Of a stretch of DNA of 64,000 nt, positions 1 to 12,610 are shown piece after piece. Position numbers and translations under genes: made by a program. Source of the DNA: Blasia pusilla (lineage: Eukaryota); the NCBI GenBank assembly GCA_050084515.1, contig CM114271.1, positions 18,290,001 to 18,354,000 of the forward strand. Reading direction: 5' to 3'. Every line of letters begins with the position of its first letter. Within the stretch, counting starts at the first letter, position 1. The notes under the pieces were generated by a model. That model saw only the letters and a list, made by a program, of their open reading frames with translations, was not told the origin of the DNA and searched no databases.

Positions 1-3000
1 GTGTCTACTACACGCGATGTAGATGCCTCAGTCCCCACTGTCGGCTCAATAGGCTGCGTAGGAACCATGGATGGAGTCCTAAGCACCTCAGACAACAAGA
101 ATGACTGGGGAAGCCTAGCCTGCCTCCCAGCCTCACCCCTCTGTGGGTCCAACTCCACAGTAGCACCACGTGGCTCTGACGCTCGAGTGGCTCCTCTCAG
201 AATCGCTGGTGATGCCTCAACTTTGTCTTTGCACTCGCCATATAAGAGAGATCATCCCTCCATAAGAGGTGGAAGCCCTCGCTCCCGAACCCGATCTATC
301 TTTGGATATCGACCATAGTAGCCAACTTCTGCTCCAATCTGCTCAATCTTGGCGCCATAGTCGACTGTCGTAGTGGTAGGGGTAGCCACCGTAGGCTCTC
401 CAACCACTGGTCCACCTCTACCACCCCTACCACCTCTACCACCTCGGCCTCTCGGAGCTACTCCACCACGGCCACGGCCTGATCTCAACTCTGGATGAAG
501 ATCAAAGCAACGCTCTCGAGGATGACCTAGTCTCCCGCAATGATCACACTGAGTTGGGGCCGACCGAGGCCCATGCTCCAAAGTCCGTCTCCCATCCTCT
601 TGGGGACAAAACTTCCTAACATGATCATCTCCACATGTCCAACATGATCGCCCTTGCTTGCTGGGGCAGCAAATGAAGGCAATGGTCTCTGCACAAATGT
701 CCCTCTAGGACTTGATCGAGGTCGCGTGTACCCCCACGACTCCCATTGCTACTACCACCACCACTACTACGAGACTGTGAGGTGGGCGGTGAACACGAGA
801 AGTAGTAGTTGTATCCCCATGAATGCGGATGTCACCACTCTCTCCTTCACCATGTTAAGCTCAATCTTCTCGGGATAGAGCAAACACATGGGTCAATGTG
901 GGTGAATCATCACTCATAAGAGTAGCATCACGCACCCTATGGCGCAAATCTCTGTCCAAGATCCCATACCAAAATCGACTTCTGATCCTCGGTCACACCT
1001 GGGTAACTGAAATCAGCGTCGATACGCTGGCGTGTATGCCTCACTTAAGACTCTCACCACCTTTCGCTCAAAGTCCTGAAGATTCCTCAACTTCTCCGTC
1101 TTCACTCCTTGATAGTTCTTCTTCAACCTCTTGAAGAACTCGAACGGGCTAAACGATGGTGGGGCACTAGTACCTCCACTAGTACCCCCACTAGTACCTC
1201 CACTTTGGTACCCCCACTCCGGCTTGTACTCGTACCACTCAACGTCGGGCTGGCTGGCATAGTAGGAGCACTACTACCAATACCACCATGGGTGATAGAC
1301 ACATAGCCTGGAGACCAATATTGTCTCCATGCCTCAATCTCAGCAACATGGTCCTTCCTAAACTCATGGTAATCATCCATGGGTGGTCCTTCCAAATCTT
1401 TGAAACAACCCTTCCAAGCCAAGAAGGGTGTAAACAATGGCGTTCCGCAACATCTGCATATCACACCACGTATCAAACTTCTGCATGAAGTCCTCCAACT
1501 CAATGGTACCCACTGCACCCGAGTATCGTCGTGGGCCCTTCATGGCCCCATATCCACCGTCCATGTCCCAAATCAATGGAGTTGCAACACTCGATAACAA
1601 CGTAGAAGACTCGATGTTTGGAACACCCTCGTCCTCCTCTTCATCAACCGTCGGAAGTGGAAAAGGTAGCCGATACCTAAATCCACTCCGTGTGAAACCA
1701 CCACTGTCCGCACCACGGTCCCCAACCAGACCACCCGACAGCTCCGTGATGACCAACGCCGATGCCGCACCACCACCAAATTACCCAAATGACGTCGATG
1801 TCGCTCTACTATTGTAGCTCTACTAGCTATGGGTGTAGGCAATCTAACCTCTCATCACTACAAGAAGTCTCCCACAGTTTACTGGTCATCACTCCAGCCT
1901 CACTATCAATAGCACACAGGAGTAACACTACTCTGGAAATCAACGTCAACCCTAACAATGGGCGCGCAAGCAAGAAGCACGATGGAGGGGATCCAGACAC
2001 AGGAAGTCCAACGACAACCCTCCAACCGCAAATGGAAATCAAGGTAACACAATCCACCCAACGTGGTGCCCCCTGAATCCACCAAACCCACCACACAATT
2101 CTAACGCAATAGCTACTCCGCCGCGGGTCGATGACGTGCTAGTCGAACTCGCAGCACCTGAAAATATCACTTGCATGGAGAGGCTACACCGTACTATGCG
2201 CTAGAGGTACATCAACCAAAAACCTGAGATGCATAAAGCGCCTAACACATCTCCGAACAACACCAAATGAGCTACAACATCAGACACCTTTGGCATAGTT
2301 AAGAACTCAGCAGATTAAGCGTCCTCCAGGCAGAATAGCCCAAAGATGGGTGACCAGTTATGCAAAACTCAAATCCCAAATCCTGCAAAAATTGCCTCAC
2401 GCCCAAGCAAGCAAGCTTGCTTGCTTGCTCTTGCTCCTTACTCCGCCTCACGCCCACTCGCCCCGAGCTACCACGAGTTGCCTCAAGCCTCAAAGCCTCG
2501 AACGCCGAGACATGCCCCTATCGCCACGCCCGTGCTTCGCCATGGAGAGAGGTCCAACCAGGGCGCCCCAACGGGATAGGCGTCTCCAAAATGAACGAGT
2601 CACCAACCAACCAGCCCCTTCGATCCCTGCCCACCATAGCGGACCTTGAGCTAGTCCGAAATTTCGATCAGAAATTACTTCACAAATACATGATCGAAAT
2701 CAAATCTGTTTTCAATCAGAATTCAATTGACCACCATAGCTATCTCCCCACAAAACTCAGCTACAACCGAGCCCGTACTCGAGCTAAAAATCAGACAAAC
2801 TTCTTTGTCCATACACCTCTAGAACCGCAAATCCGACAAAGCGCTTCCGCCAAGTTTCATGCACGCAGAAATCCCAACGCTCCACGCACTTTCGGCGAGA
2901 TAGCTTCACATGAGATCACAATACAAGTAGCAATAGGAACCTCTCACCCGATCTGGATGAACTTCAACAGAGCTTCCGCAGACTCCAAGCTCTCCACATC

Positions 3001-3620
3001 AGAAAACCGCCGAACACGAACCATAATCTTCAATGCTTGATAACTTACAACCCTTGACAAAATCCGGCGATCTACGGTAGCGTTGGAAAGCTCTCAGCAA
3101 GGCGCTTCTTTCCCAACTGACCACGCACTTGATTCACACCTCCAACATAGGCAACAAGCCCCGAACATCCACGGCTGAGTACACAATCAGCCCTAACCAG
3201 ATCCTACTGATCTACAATCGAAGCTACCATCGATCTACTCCAGTTCTTTGAGTGAAATCCGTGAAAGACCTACTGTCATAAAACATGTTTACAATCACAT
3301 ACAATCGAGCCAAACCCACTCCACGATGGGAGAATCCAGGTCGAAGCTTGCGGGAAACACCATAGCCAAGAGCTCTACTCACTACTAAGGCTAACTCCCA
3401 ACGCAACAGGCTCAACTCAAAGAACTGACTGTTGTTTGAGTGCACTCCACCTTATATCCTCCAACCTAAGAGCGGGCCCTACTGGGAAAGTCACCCCCAA
3501 CTGAGTAACCCCCAACCCTATGTATGGAACCGCATCTCTACCAATCCACTACGGTCCTACATAAGGAATGGCCTCTACTAGCACACCATACTCTACGACA
3601 TAATCCGTATGGTCATGACA
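1..3620 (-). mobile_element. LTR retrotransposon (probably Ty3/gypsy), 5' part: LTR/leader plus frameshifted gag; continues off the left edge
   Basis: Minus strand starts TGTCATGACC at 3620, the same terminus as the copy at 5297. Gag-like peptides at about 250-1760 (IELEDFMQKFDTWCDMQMLRN; LEGPPMDDYHEF; FWYGILDRDLRHRVRDATL). Two zinc knuckles (CWTCGDDHVRKFC ~605-645; CDHCGRLGHPRERC ~507-548) followed by RGG repeats. pol is not in the window, so the superfamily is inferred. Confidence 0.8.
252..1756 (-). pseudogene. gag: Retrotransposon gag, interrupted by frameshifts
   Basis: ORFs 1373-1756, 1123-1518 and 252-581 join into one Gag-like protein with CCHC knuckles once several 1-bp shifts are allowed. 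Confidence 0.75.
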
Positions 3621-5297
3621 ACTTTAACAATGGATGCGCAAGCAAGAAGCAACAATGGAGGGGATCCAAACACAGGAAGTCCAACGAAAACCCTCCAATC
3701 GCAAATGGAAATCAAGGTAACACAATCCACCAAACGTGGCGCTCCCTGAATCCACAGAACCCACCACACAATTCTAACGCAATAGCTATTCCGCCTAAAC
3801 CCTAAACCCTAGTCGGACTCGCAACACTTGAATAGATCACCTGCATGGAGAGGCTACACCGTACTATGCGCTAGAGTTCCATCAACCGAAAACCTGAGAT
3901 GCATAAAGCACCTCGCACATCTCCGAACAACACCAAATGAGCTACACCAGTGTGTACATTGGCATAGTTAAGAACTCAACGATTAAGCGTCTTCCAGGCA
4001 GAATAACCCAAAGATGGGTGACCAGTTATACAACACTCAACTCACAAATCCTGCAAAAATTGCCTCACGCCCAAGCAAGCAAGAAATCTTGCTTGCTCGC
4101 TCCTTGCTCCTCACTCCGCCTCTCACGCCCACTCGCCCTAAGCTACCACGAGTTGCCTCGAAGCCTCAAAACGCCGAGACATGCCCTGTTCACCACGCTT
4201 CGCCATATGTCGCTATGGAGAGAGGCCCAACCAGGGCGCCCCCAATGGGATAGGCATCTCCAACAACGGGAAAATCACCAACCACCCAGCCCCTCCGATG
4301 TGCTATCCACCATAGTCAGACCTTGAGCTAGTCCAAAAACTTTTGATCTGCAATTACTCCACAAATACTCAACCAAAATTGAATCTATTTCAATAAAAAT
4401 TTTAATTGGCCACCATAGCTATCTCTCCACAAAAAATCAGCTACAACCGAGCTCTGTACTCCGAGCTAAAAATCAGACAAACTTGCTGTCCATATACCTC
4501 TAGAATCGCAAATCCGACAGCGCTTCCGCCCAGATTCATGCACACAAAAATCCGCAATGCTCCACACACTCAAGCAGATAGCTTCACATGAGATCACCAT
4601 ATAGGTAGCAATAGGAACCTCTCACCAGATCTGGATGAACTTGAACAGAGCTTTCGCACTCCAAGCTCTCCACATCGGAAAACCGTCGAACACGAGCCAA
4701 AATCTTCAATCCTTGATAACTTCCAACTCCCTTAACGAAATCCGGCAATCAAAAGCGCGTTGGAAAGCTCTCACCGAGGCGCTTCTTTTGTAACAAACCA
4801 CGCACCAGATTCACACCTCCAACATAGGCCACAAGCCACGAACATCCACGGCTGAATATACAATCAGCCCTAACCAGATCCTACTGATCCACAATCGAAG
4901 CTACCATCGATCTACTCAAGTTCTTTGAGTGAAATCAGTGGAAGACCTACTCTCATAAAACACATATAGAATCACATACAATTGAGCCAAACCCACTCCA
5001 CGATGGGAGAATCCATGTGAAAGCTTGCGGGAACCACCATAGCCAAGACCTCTACTCACTACCAAGGCTAACTCCCAACGCAACAGGCTCAACTCAAAGA
5101 ACTAACTGTTCTTTGAGTGCACTCCACACTATATCCTCCAACCTAAGAGCGGGCCCTATTGGAAAAGTCACCCTCAGCTGAGTAACCCCCAACCCTATGT
5201 ATGAAACCACATCTCTATCTAGATACTACGGCCCTACATAAGGTATGGCCTCTACTAGCACACTATACTCTACGACATAATCCGTATGGTCATGACA
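3621..5297 (-). mobile_element. Second LTR plus leader of the same family (diverged direct repeat of 1949-3620)
   Basis: A ~1.67 kb direct repeat. Both copies end on the plus strand in TACGACATAATCCGTATGGTCATGACA, i.e. a TG LTR start on the minus strand. Scattered substitutions and 1-bp indels separate the copies. Confidence 0.85.
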
Positions 5298-5303
5298 TAG
5301 TAG

Positions 5304-5575
5304 GTGACACTCACAATGTTAGATGTCACTTCAAGACGTACAATTTTGCATCTGTGTAAGATGTTACCGATGCGATCAGAGTCCTTATATTGGAGGAAAG
5401 GAACGGTATGGTTTGGAAGCTTAGGATCATGTACGCGCGACTGTGCGCCATGTCATCTTCCAAACGTGGATAGAAGAGTGGATCCGAGCAAAAATACTTG
5501 CGAGCTTAGGTGTAAGTTGTGCGGATGTGCGAGGGGTACAACCGCCATGTTGGTGTGTGATGGTTGTTCTCGAGT
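5304..5575 (+). mobile_element. Relic of a gypsy integrase C-terminal region running into the first half of a PHD-like zinc finger
   Basis: Translates TLTMLDVTSRRTILHL...RDCAPCHLPNVDRRVDPS...LRCKLCGCARGTTAMLVCDGCSR. It is homologous to the peptide directly after integrase at 14566-14805 (MLDLTARCIILRVREV...KDHVRKCASSHLHIDGIVDPSL). Confidence 0.7.
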
Positions 5576-6390
5576 AAAGCCTTATTGCCCCTTGATCCGA
5601 AACTTTTCCACTTTATCATTATTATATATATACATACATACACATGTATATATTGCACAAATTGTCCTTCACGCGAATCACTATGCACATGAAAATGGTA
5701 GCTCTCCTCCCTTTCCAAGGGCAAATTATGAACAAAGATGTATTCTTCTTAATTATTAAGATACCATAAACTAAATTTTGTTAGCAATATGTATGCTATA
5801 TTTGTCTTATGTTACAACTTGTTTTTTCTTTTACAACATGTGATCTCATCTTTGACTACCACTCACTATTTCTAATGCAACTTGTCTTTGGAAATACACT
5901 ATAATTTATTTAAACATCCATATCAAACCTGTGTTTTTACATCGCAACACCTTCTCATATCTTTAAGGAAACTGTGTTTATTTCTTGTTGATACCTAGAT
6001 TTTGAATATTTTATCTAATGTTATATTGATCATATCTCACTCTATCTATGTAGATTTCATGTTTTCTTAGTCATATTTATTAATACTTATTGCATTATAA
6101 TGTGATTTAATTTTAGATACTTGGATTCTGACGTATTGTTCTTCCTCTTAGCTCAATCATGAATTTGATTTTTGTTTCTCATATTAGATTCACGTATTGT
6201 TCCCAACTTTCATCCCAACTACTCATATTATTTCAAGTTAAATCAACTTCTTTTGTAATACATAACTTTGCTTTGTTCTAGTCATGCATTTTCTCTATCC
6301 AAATTTCACTACAACTTGTGCTTTTTATTTATTTTTCAAAGATTACATTCTTGATAGCTTTAGAGGTTCTAGCTCAATTACAACACAACA

Positions 6391-6560
6391 TCTAAATTAT
6401 TAAAAGAGGATGGGGTTTGGGGAACCCCTCCTCTGGTGTCAACACGTGGGCTTTTTGAAGCCTTCTTGTGTTGACACGTGTACAAGGGCCCAAAGGTACG
6501 ATTAATTAAGTGCTAAATGTACCATTTTTTCACCCGTGCAGCGCACGGGAAGTATACTAG
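6391..6560 (+). mobile_element. Non-autonomous mini-Helitron (170 bp)
   Basis: 5' end A|TCTAAATTATTAAAAGAG; subterminal hairpin CCCGTGC-AGC-GCACGGG; 3' end CTAG|T; inserted between A and T without a TSD. Confidence 0.85.
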
Positions 6561-7601
6561 TTGCTATGATGCTGATGTTGGATTATCTATTATGCGTGGA
6601 ATGACTCATGAGAAAGAAGGCTATGGCCTGCAATTTTCTATACATTCCATCTGCAAATCGACTGCCATGGGATGGTGCAATGGTTAATGTAATTTTTGCG
6701 AGAAAACCATTTCACATATTTGAAAACATTGACAGTTCCTAGTAGATATGAACTAGTATAACCACCTTCGATGCACGAGTTTAAATTATCTCCCATAATT
6801 AATTTTTTCTTACCATTTTAAATCGATTCCGAATGATCCTATTGATTCAAAGGATGAAAGATTGAAAGTACCAAATATCAAGATGAAAAGAATTTGCAAA
6901 TTGAAGAGAGAAATCTTCAATAATAATTAAGACAACTGGAAACGTATTGGAGTTCAGGTATGGAATCCACTATGATTTGTTTGACTTCGTCTAATAAATA
7001 CGAACAATACTAGTACACATCGTTAGTCATGCCTACACCTTTTAAGTCATTTGTTAAACACTACACATGTCAACACCAAAGGAGGCAAAAATTATACACT
7101 TGTCCCCGCACGAAGAAGGGAACCCTGACACGTTTATATTTTTTTCTTCTCTTAAGTTGACTCGATTAGTTTTTATGATTTAATACAACAAATATGCAGG
7201 TTTAATAGGTGTGCACTAGTGGGATATTCTAATCTCTAGTAATCTTTAATTCCACTAAATGAACGTCCATCTCGAACAGTACAATCACATAAATCACTAA
7301 TAAAATGTATAATATTTGAAAAATTAATGTATAATCCGTGAAAGGAAGAAATTAATAATATATAATTCTAAAAAATAAATCAAATTTTAGTAATCATAAA
7401 TAAAAAAATCTAATTCACATGCGAAACATTTTTGCACACTTTCCACGTGTCAAGAAGATGACGCATTTATCATTCCGTCCGTCACTTGCCGAGACGACAG
7501 GTACAACCCGAACCCAAAATTTAGGGATCTCCATTCTATCACAACGCAACAGAAGAGGAAAAGCTTCACTTCGACTGTTGCGGTAGCTCTCACCATCGGC
7601 T

Positions 7602-10600
7602 ATGGCAGCCACCGCGACCAGTCTCTCGCACACGGTTGTTTTGGCATCCGGTTCTGGTGCCCGTGATCTAAGAAAATCTGCCTCAGCTCCATCCCAAGCC
7701 AGGCCATGTTTAAAATCTGGAGGGAGCTGGACGACGAAGAGGAGGAGCGAGAGAGGTCTGTCATGCAGAGCGGAAGCAGCCGAAAGTGGGAGCGGGGAAG
7801 GATTTGACGTGGAGAAGGAGTTAGAGAGGGTGTTGCAGAACGAGGAGTCCAAAGCGTTGCTAGATAGGTTAGCTGAGAGAGTTATGCAGGATGACGAATC
7901 AAAAGAATTGTTGAAAGACCTTGCAGCAGCGACGGAGCGAGTGGCTAAGGCTCAGCGGGAGAAGGATCTACTAGAGAAACGGGAGCGGGAGCTGGAAGAA
8001 GTCGGGATGCAATTGGCCCGAGTAATTGCGGAGCAGAATGCGGCCGATGCTCTCGTAAGCTCCAAGTTCGCTCCGTTCCTGTGTCCATTACACCCTGCCC
8101 CTTCAAACAATATCCACAAAATCGGATAATTGAACTCCTCTTCTCGAGTTTAAAAAATTGCTCGAACTGTCTGATGAGTTTTGAATTTCAAAAACTGCTG
8201 AGTGGAGTGCTTCTGGATGATTTGATTGTTCCAGTTTTCATGTTACATGCTGATGAGTATCAAGGTATCTGGAGGGAATTGGAGGGGGCTCATGGTGTCT
8301 GTTGAATGGGAAAAGAAGAGATCGAAGGAGGTCTGGTCTTGCTTGGGAAATCTGTTGACAGTATAATTTCTGTGGCTCTGAAGATTGCAGAGGTCGAGAA
8401 TGATGTTCGTGAAGCTGAAGAGGCAATGAGAGCTGCCGAGATAGCTCTTATCACTGCCCGAGCTGGGGCCACTGTGGAGGTATTGGCGAACAATGTGGAG
8501 TTTGAGGAAGTTGACAAAAATATGGATAGAATAGAATCAGGGAAGGCAGCTGCGGTGTCGGCTATCGCCGGTACCCTCGCAAGTCTTCCTTTCCTACTCA
8601 TCTCAGGAGACGAGCTCGGAATCGGGCCCTTGTTGAGCGTCGGAGGGGTCATTGCAAGCGCTGCTCTTTACGGGGTGACTTATCGCTACATTCTCAGGCG
8701 GGACTTGAACAACGTCCACCTTAAGTCGGGGGCAGCTGCTGCGTTTACACTTGTCCGAGGTAAGAGCACTTCAACTGCCCTTGGCTGGGATGTTCATATG
8801 AAGAAGACCCTGTTTATGCTCCGGTTCTTGACAAGAGAATGGGAATCTAGTCGGGGAGAAAGCGGATGTATGCTTTTGCTCTGTTACAGTCTTTGAGACT
8901 TACGGCAATGAACGAGTAAATATCAAAGAATCTGTGGCAGGAAGAAGCCCTCTTCGATTGCGGCAGGCCACCACACTTGTGTTGTAATGTGGATCGCTTT
9001 ATCCAATCTTCACATAATCTGGGATGGGTACGTCTGAAACTTAGACAAATCGATCAGAGTTTCTCTACGATCTTGGCTGGGATGCTCGATTTTCTACGAC
9101 TGGACATGCAGTGAAAGACTTGTAAATGGGTTGAAACTGCATTTCCTAGGTAGAACCGAGAAACCAGAAAAGGTTGTCACGCCTAAAAAAATGAGACGGT
9201 AAGGAAGACACAAGGGGGCAGTCGTACAAAAAGAATTGTCGTGTGGCTATTACGGAGCAAGTGATTGTGAGACAGGACCATGTACAACAATTTCCTCCAG
9301 AGATTTAATTATATAGCTTCAGACCTTGTTGAACCTTTTATGCCGATGGTTTTTAAGATCACAGTTGTCCATCAGAGAAGGTGAGTGGTGGTATAGTTTG
9401 AGGATCTCACCAGCACTGAATTGAGAAATCTCCAAGGCATCGTTATTGCATTCAAATGCGTCAACCACCAGATGTATAACCACATGTTAGGGTTTGATTA
9501 TTCTTACAAACCTGTGACGTTTTGTGACTCATTACATTTCCGAAGGTGTACAGAGTGTTCATCCAATGAGGTCGTCATAACCTAGATTTGAAGCATCCCA
9601 ACCCTGTGGGCATGTGATTTCCACATTGTGCACATTTTCTTAGGAGAGATCTCTATAGGGTTTTTGCTGTTGGAGGAGAAATTGTAAAAACTTACAAATG
9701 ATCCTCTGGAGAAAACAGATTAGCTAATGTTTGGTAGCAACTTTTGGCGAATTGATCGTACTTCTAGGTCTAATGTAGAGAAATATAAAGGAAATGATAG
9801 ATTAGAAGCATACCCTGACAATTTAGGGAGGGCTTTGGTTTAAGCTATTTCCTGACCTTTCTGCTTCAAATCCAACCGCATTTAGTAGTGCTCAGAGGGC
9901 TTTCACGGGTTCTAGAGTCAGAGGTGCGTTTTTGTGACATAATCTTTTCTTCAAGATAGCGAATCTGTTGTCGCTGCAGGGAAGTCTATGGGGAGACGTT
10001 ATTTGGAGCTACCATTCCTTATCTATAGCCGGCTTTGATGTTCCGTGGTAGATTTTAGATTTGAAAGATTGCTTGTTTATTTTTAAACTCTTTTAAACCT
10101 CAATAATAGGTGGCTTCTTGCAGTGGCTTGATCATACCTCCTTCCATATACCAGTCTTCGTTTAAAATTTCCAATTCTTCTTGTGGATGTATCCTCGGGC
10201 CACAGGGTGATTTAAGAGCAGATCTCTCTAGCCGACAGTCTTTGTGTCTGAAGTCAATGGTTGGAAGGTGTATGACTTGCTGGTTTATAGGCAGATCCTT
10301 TTGTGAGCATCCCCTTGTTCATCTGTGCAGATGCAGTGCTTCTCTGCACGAGCAAGACTGCAATGAAAACTTGTTAAAGCATCTTCTGTGATGCATCTGA
10401 TTGTGAGAAGCAATGTTTTCTTTTTGTCGCAAGTCTTGTGGCTGCATCACACAGTTCTGAAGCTTGCAAAACTTCATAGTTTGTCTGCTAAGAATTTCTT
10501 GGATGCTAGATCTATGAAAAACCTCAGTGTCTCCACCATGGATTACTGGATGCTGACTTATTTGCCAAGATCGTGAGAACACAGCTGATTGTTTCAATAT

Positions 10601-10861
10601 TCAATCCAGAATATATGTACGTTTGTTTGGGGAAGTCAGTAGCTCACGCTTATCTGCATTGGTAATGCAGGAATTGGAGAAGTAGATGCTGTTCAGCTAC
10701 AGGTCGGTTTCCCGGCTCAAGGTGTGGATAAGGTTCTAATGGCCGCATTGAATGCCTCAGAAAGTTTGTTTATTTTTGGATTTGCTACCCTTGCTATGGA
10801 TTATTGTCTGAGGGAGGCCCTTCTTATGCCGTACCCGTCAAAAAAGTCAAAAGTTTCGTAA
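7602..10861 (+). CDS. Uncharacterised, probably plastid-targeted membrane protein (coiled-coil N-half, hydrophobic C-half); resembles the family of Arabidopsis At4g24090 from memory
   Basis: Exons 7602-8054, 8384-8759 and 10671-10861 with phase-compatible GT-AG introns. Ser/Ala/Arg-rich transit-peptide-like N-terminus. Motif RIESGKAAAVSAIAGTLASLP...LYGVTYRYILRRDLNNVHLKSGAAAAF. Ends MDYCLREALLMPYPSKKSKVS*. Confidence 0.85.
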
Positions 10862-12610
10862 TATTTATGTTGAACTCCTGCAAAGCAATCAAGTACAGGT
10901 TGTCAGTTCCCAAAGAAACGTGAATGCCTTCACTGTGTGTAGGGTTAGACTGCCTCCATGTGAAAGCGTGCTGTGAAGGTATTATAAAATACAAGGCTAA
11001 GGTCGTTGGTCCCCAGAGGCTTGTGATTGAAGTTCCCACATGTACCTTAATATGTGATATGGTTGATCCAAGTAGAGCATTCGACTACCCTAATCAAGAT
11101 TCTGAGATGTTAAGTGATGAAAGAAATGGAAGGTATGGAGCTTCTTACTGCAGGAGACGGCACTCTCTGTGCTAAATAGGCACATGTCCGCAGCGCAAGG
11201 TAAATCCAAGCAACGAAGTCACATGCGCATCTACATCAGCATGAATAGGTACCCGTAAACTGACCCGGGAGCGTGTCTAACCTGCTCAATAGCTGGAAAA
11301 TTCTTTCGGAGTATGCGGAATGACACTCTTTTGTTGACTCTCAACTTTAAAATTTGAAAGTTTTGCATTTATTGGGAAATAGAATAAAATCTTCTCCAGA
11401 AATCAAAGCCTCGCCTGAAAAGTAAGGGTGTACGGTCTCTTCCTGTCTGAAAATCAGAGCCAAGCATGAAAGCATGAGCAGGTCTTGCAGATGTGCGACA
11501 GCCTGTAGCTTTGGGATACCGAGGTTTTGGTTGAGCTCTCTAAATGAAGCACCCTTGATCCAATAGTCATGAATGATTGTCTCTATTCCTTAAATACGGA
11601 AGCATAGTTTCCAGTACCTCACTTGACTCTGTATGGTAACGAAGTGCACTGATCGGTTAATTGTGAGTGTATCCACTTTGTCTTTTTTTGGGATTTGTGA
11701 GGGTAAGAAGTGTCACAGTGGATCAAAAGACAAAACACTTTCTATTGGTGTGACTTGTACTGGTAAAGACGAGTTCTCAAGTCGAAGAACAGTGCAAGTT
11801 CTGAAGCCCACTCAGAACACATGATCTTGAACATTGAATCATTCACCGTTGCCATTTCATGTGGGTGAACGTGGTATGAGAGGCCGAGTATTCAAGTTGT
11901 ACACGTTAGTAAAAGCACTTATTGTCATCTGCTTTTATAACCAAGGCAAAGGACTATTGTAGTACGCTCTGGCAAATTAAATCGCTAGAAAATGGAGATG
12001 TAATAATGTGTATATAAATGTGTATATAATGTGTAGTTGGATCTAGCAAGTAAACTTTGTACGTAAACTTTTAAAGAGGATGTGTGAATATATTTTGTCT
12101 TGTTCAAGATTGTTATCCTGATCTAAACTTTGGGACATTTCATAATTAAATTGTATCTAAGATTTTTAAATTAAGAGAGTGTGTTCACTTTTCATCCGGC
12201 TCAAATACAAGATTTCTGTTGTAATTTGTATTATTTATCATCCAAGTTTATTATGTATTGCATAAAATTTCAATACAAATGGAATTGCAATTGGATGCCT
12301 AAAAATCAAGACCCTAGTATCTCCGACCTGAAAGATCTGCGCTTGTAACAAAGGGTTGGTGCCTTTCCAAGTAGATGTTATGTTTTTTACCATCTCCAAG
12401 TATATGCCCTTCACTTCAAATTTGGGCAACTTCTTGCTCAAACTCTCCTCCTCTGGCCGGCTTTACGATTTCAAACCCGCCGGTCTCTTTCAAGTGAATC
12501 CCAAGCATCATTACATTATCACACCTCAAGATTACATGTTTAGGTTGGGTAGGACAAGAATTCATTACATTGCAGAATTTTATTTAGCAAAAGTGTATCC
12601 TATCTAACGC

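Noticed and set aside
2251..2270. Possible LTR end plus PBS (minus strand CA-TT-TGGTGTTG), also at ~3920-3939
   Set aside because: Only about 8 nt of tRNA-like complementarity; not enough to fix the LTR boundary.
2360..3040. 226-aa plus-strand ORF in the LTR repeat
   Set aside because: The frame is broken in the second copy (3937-4591) and has no motifs.
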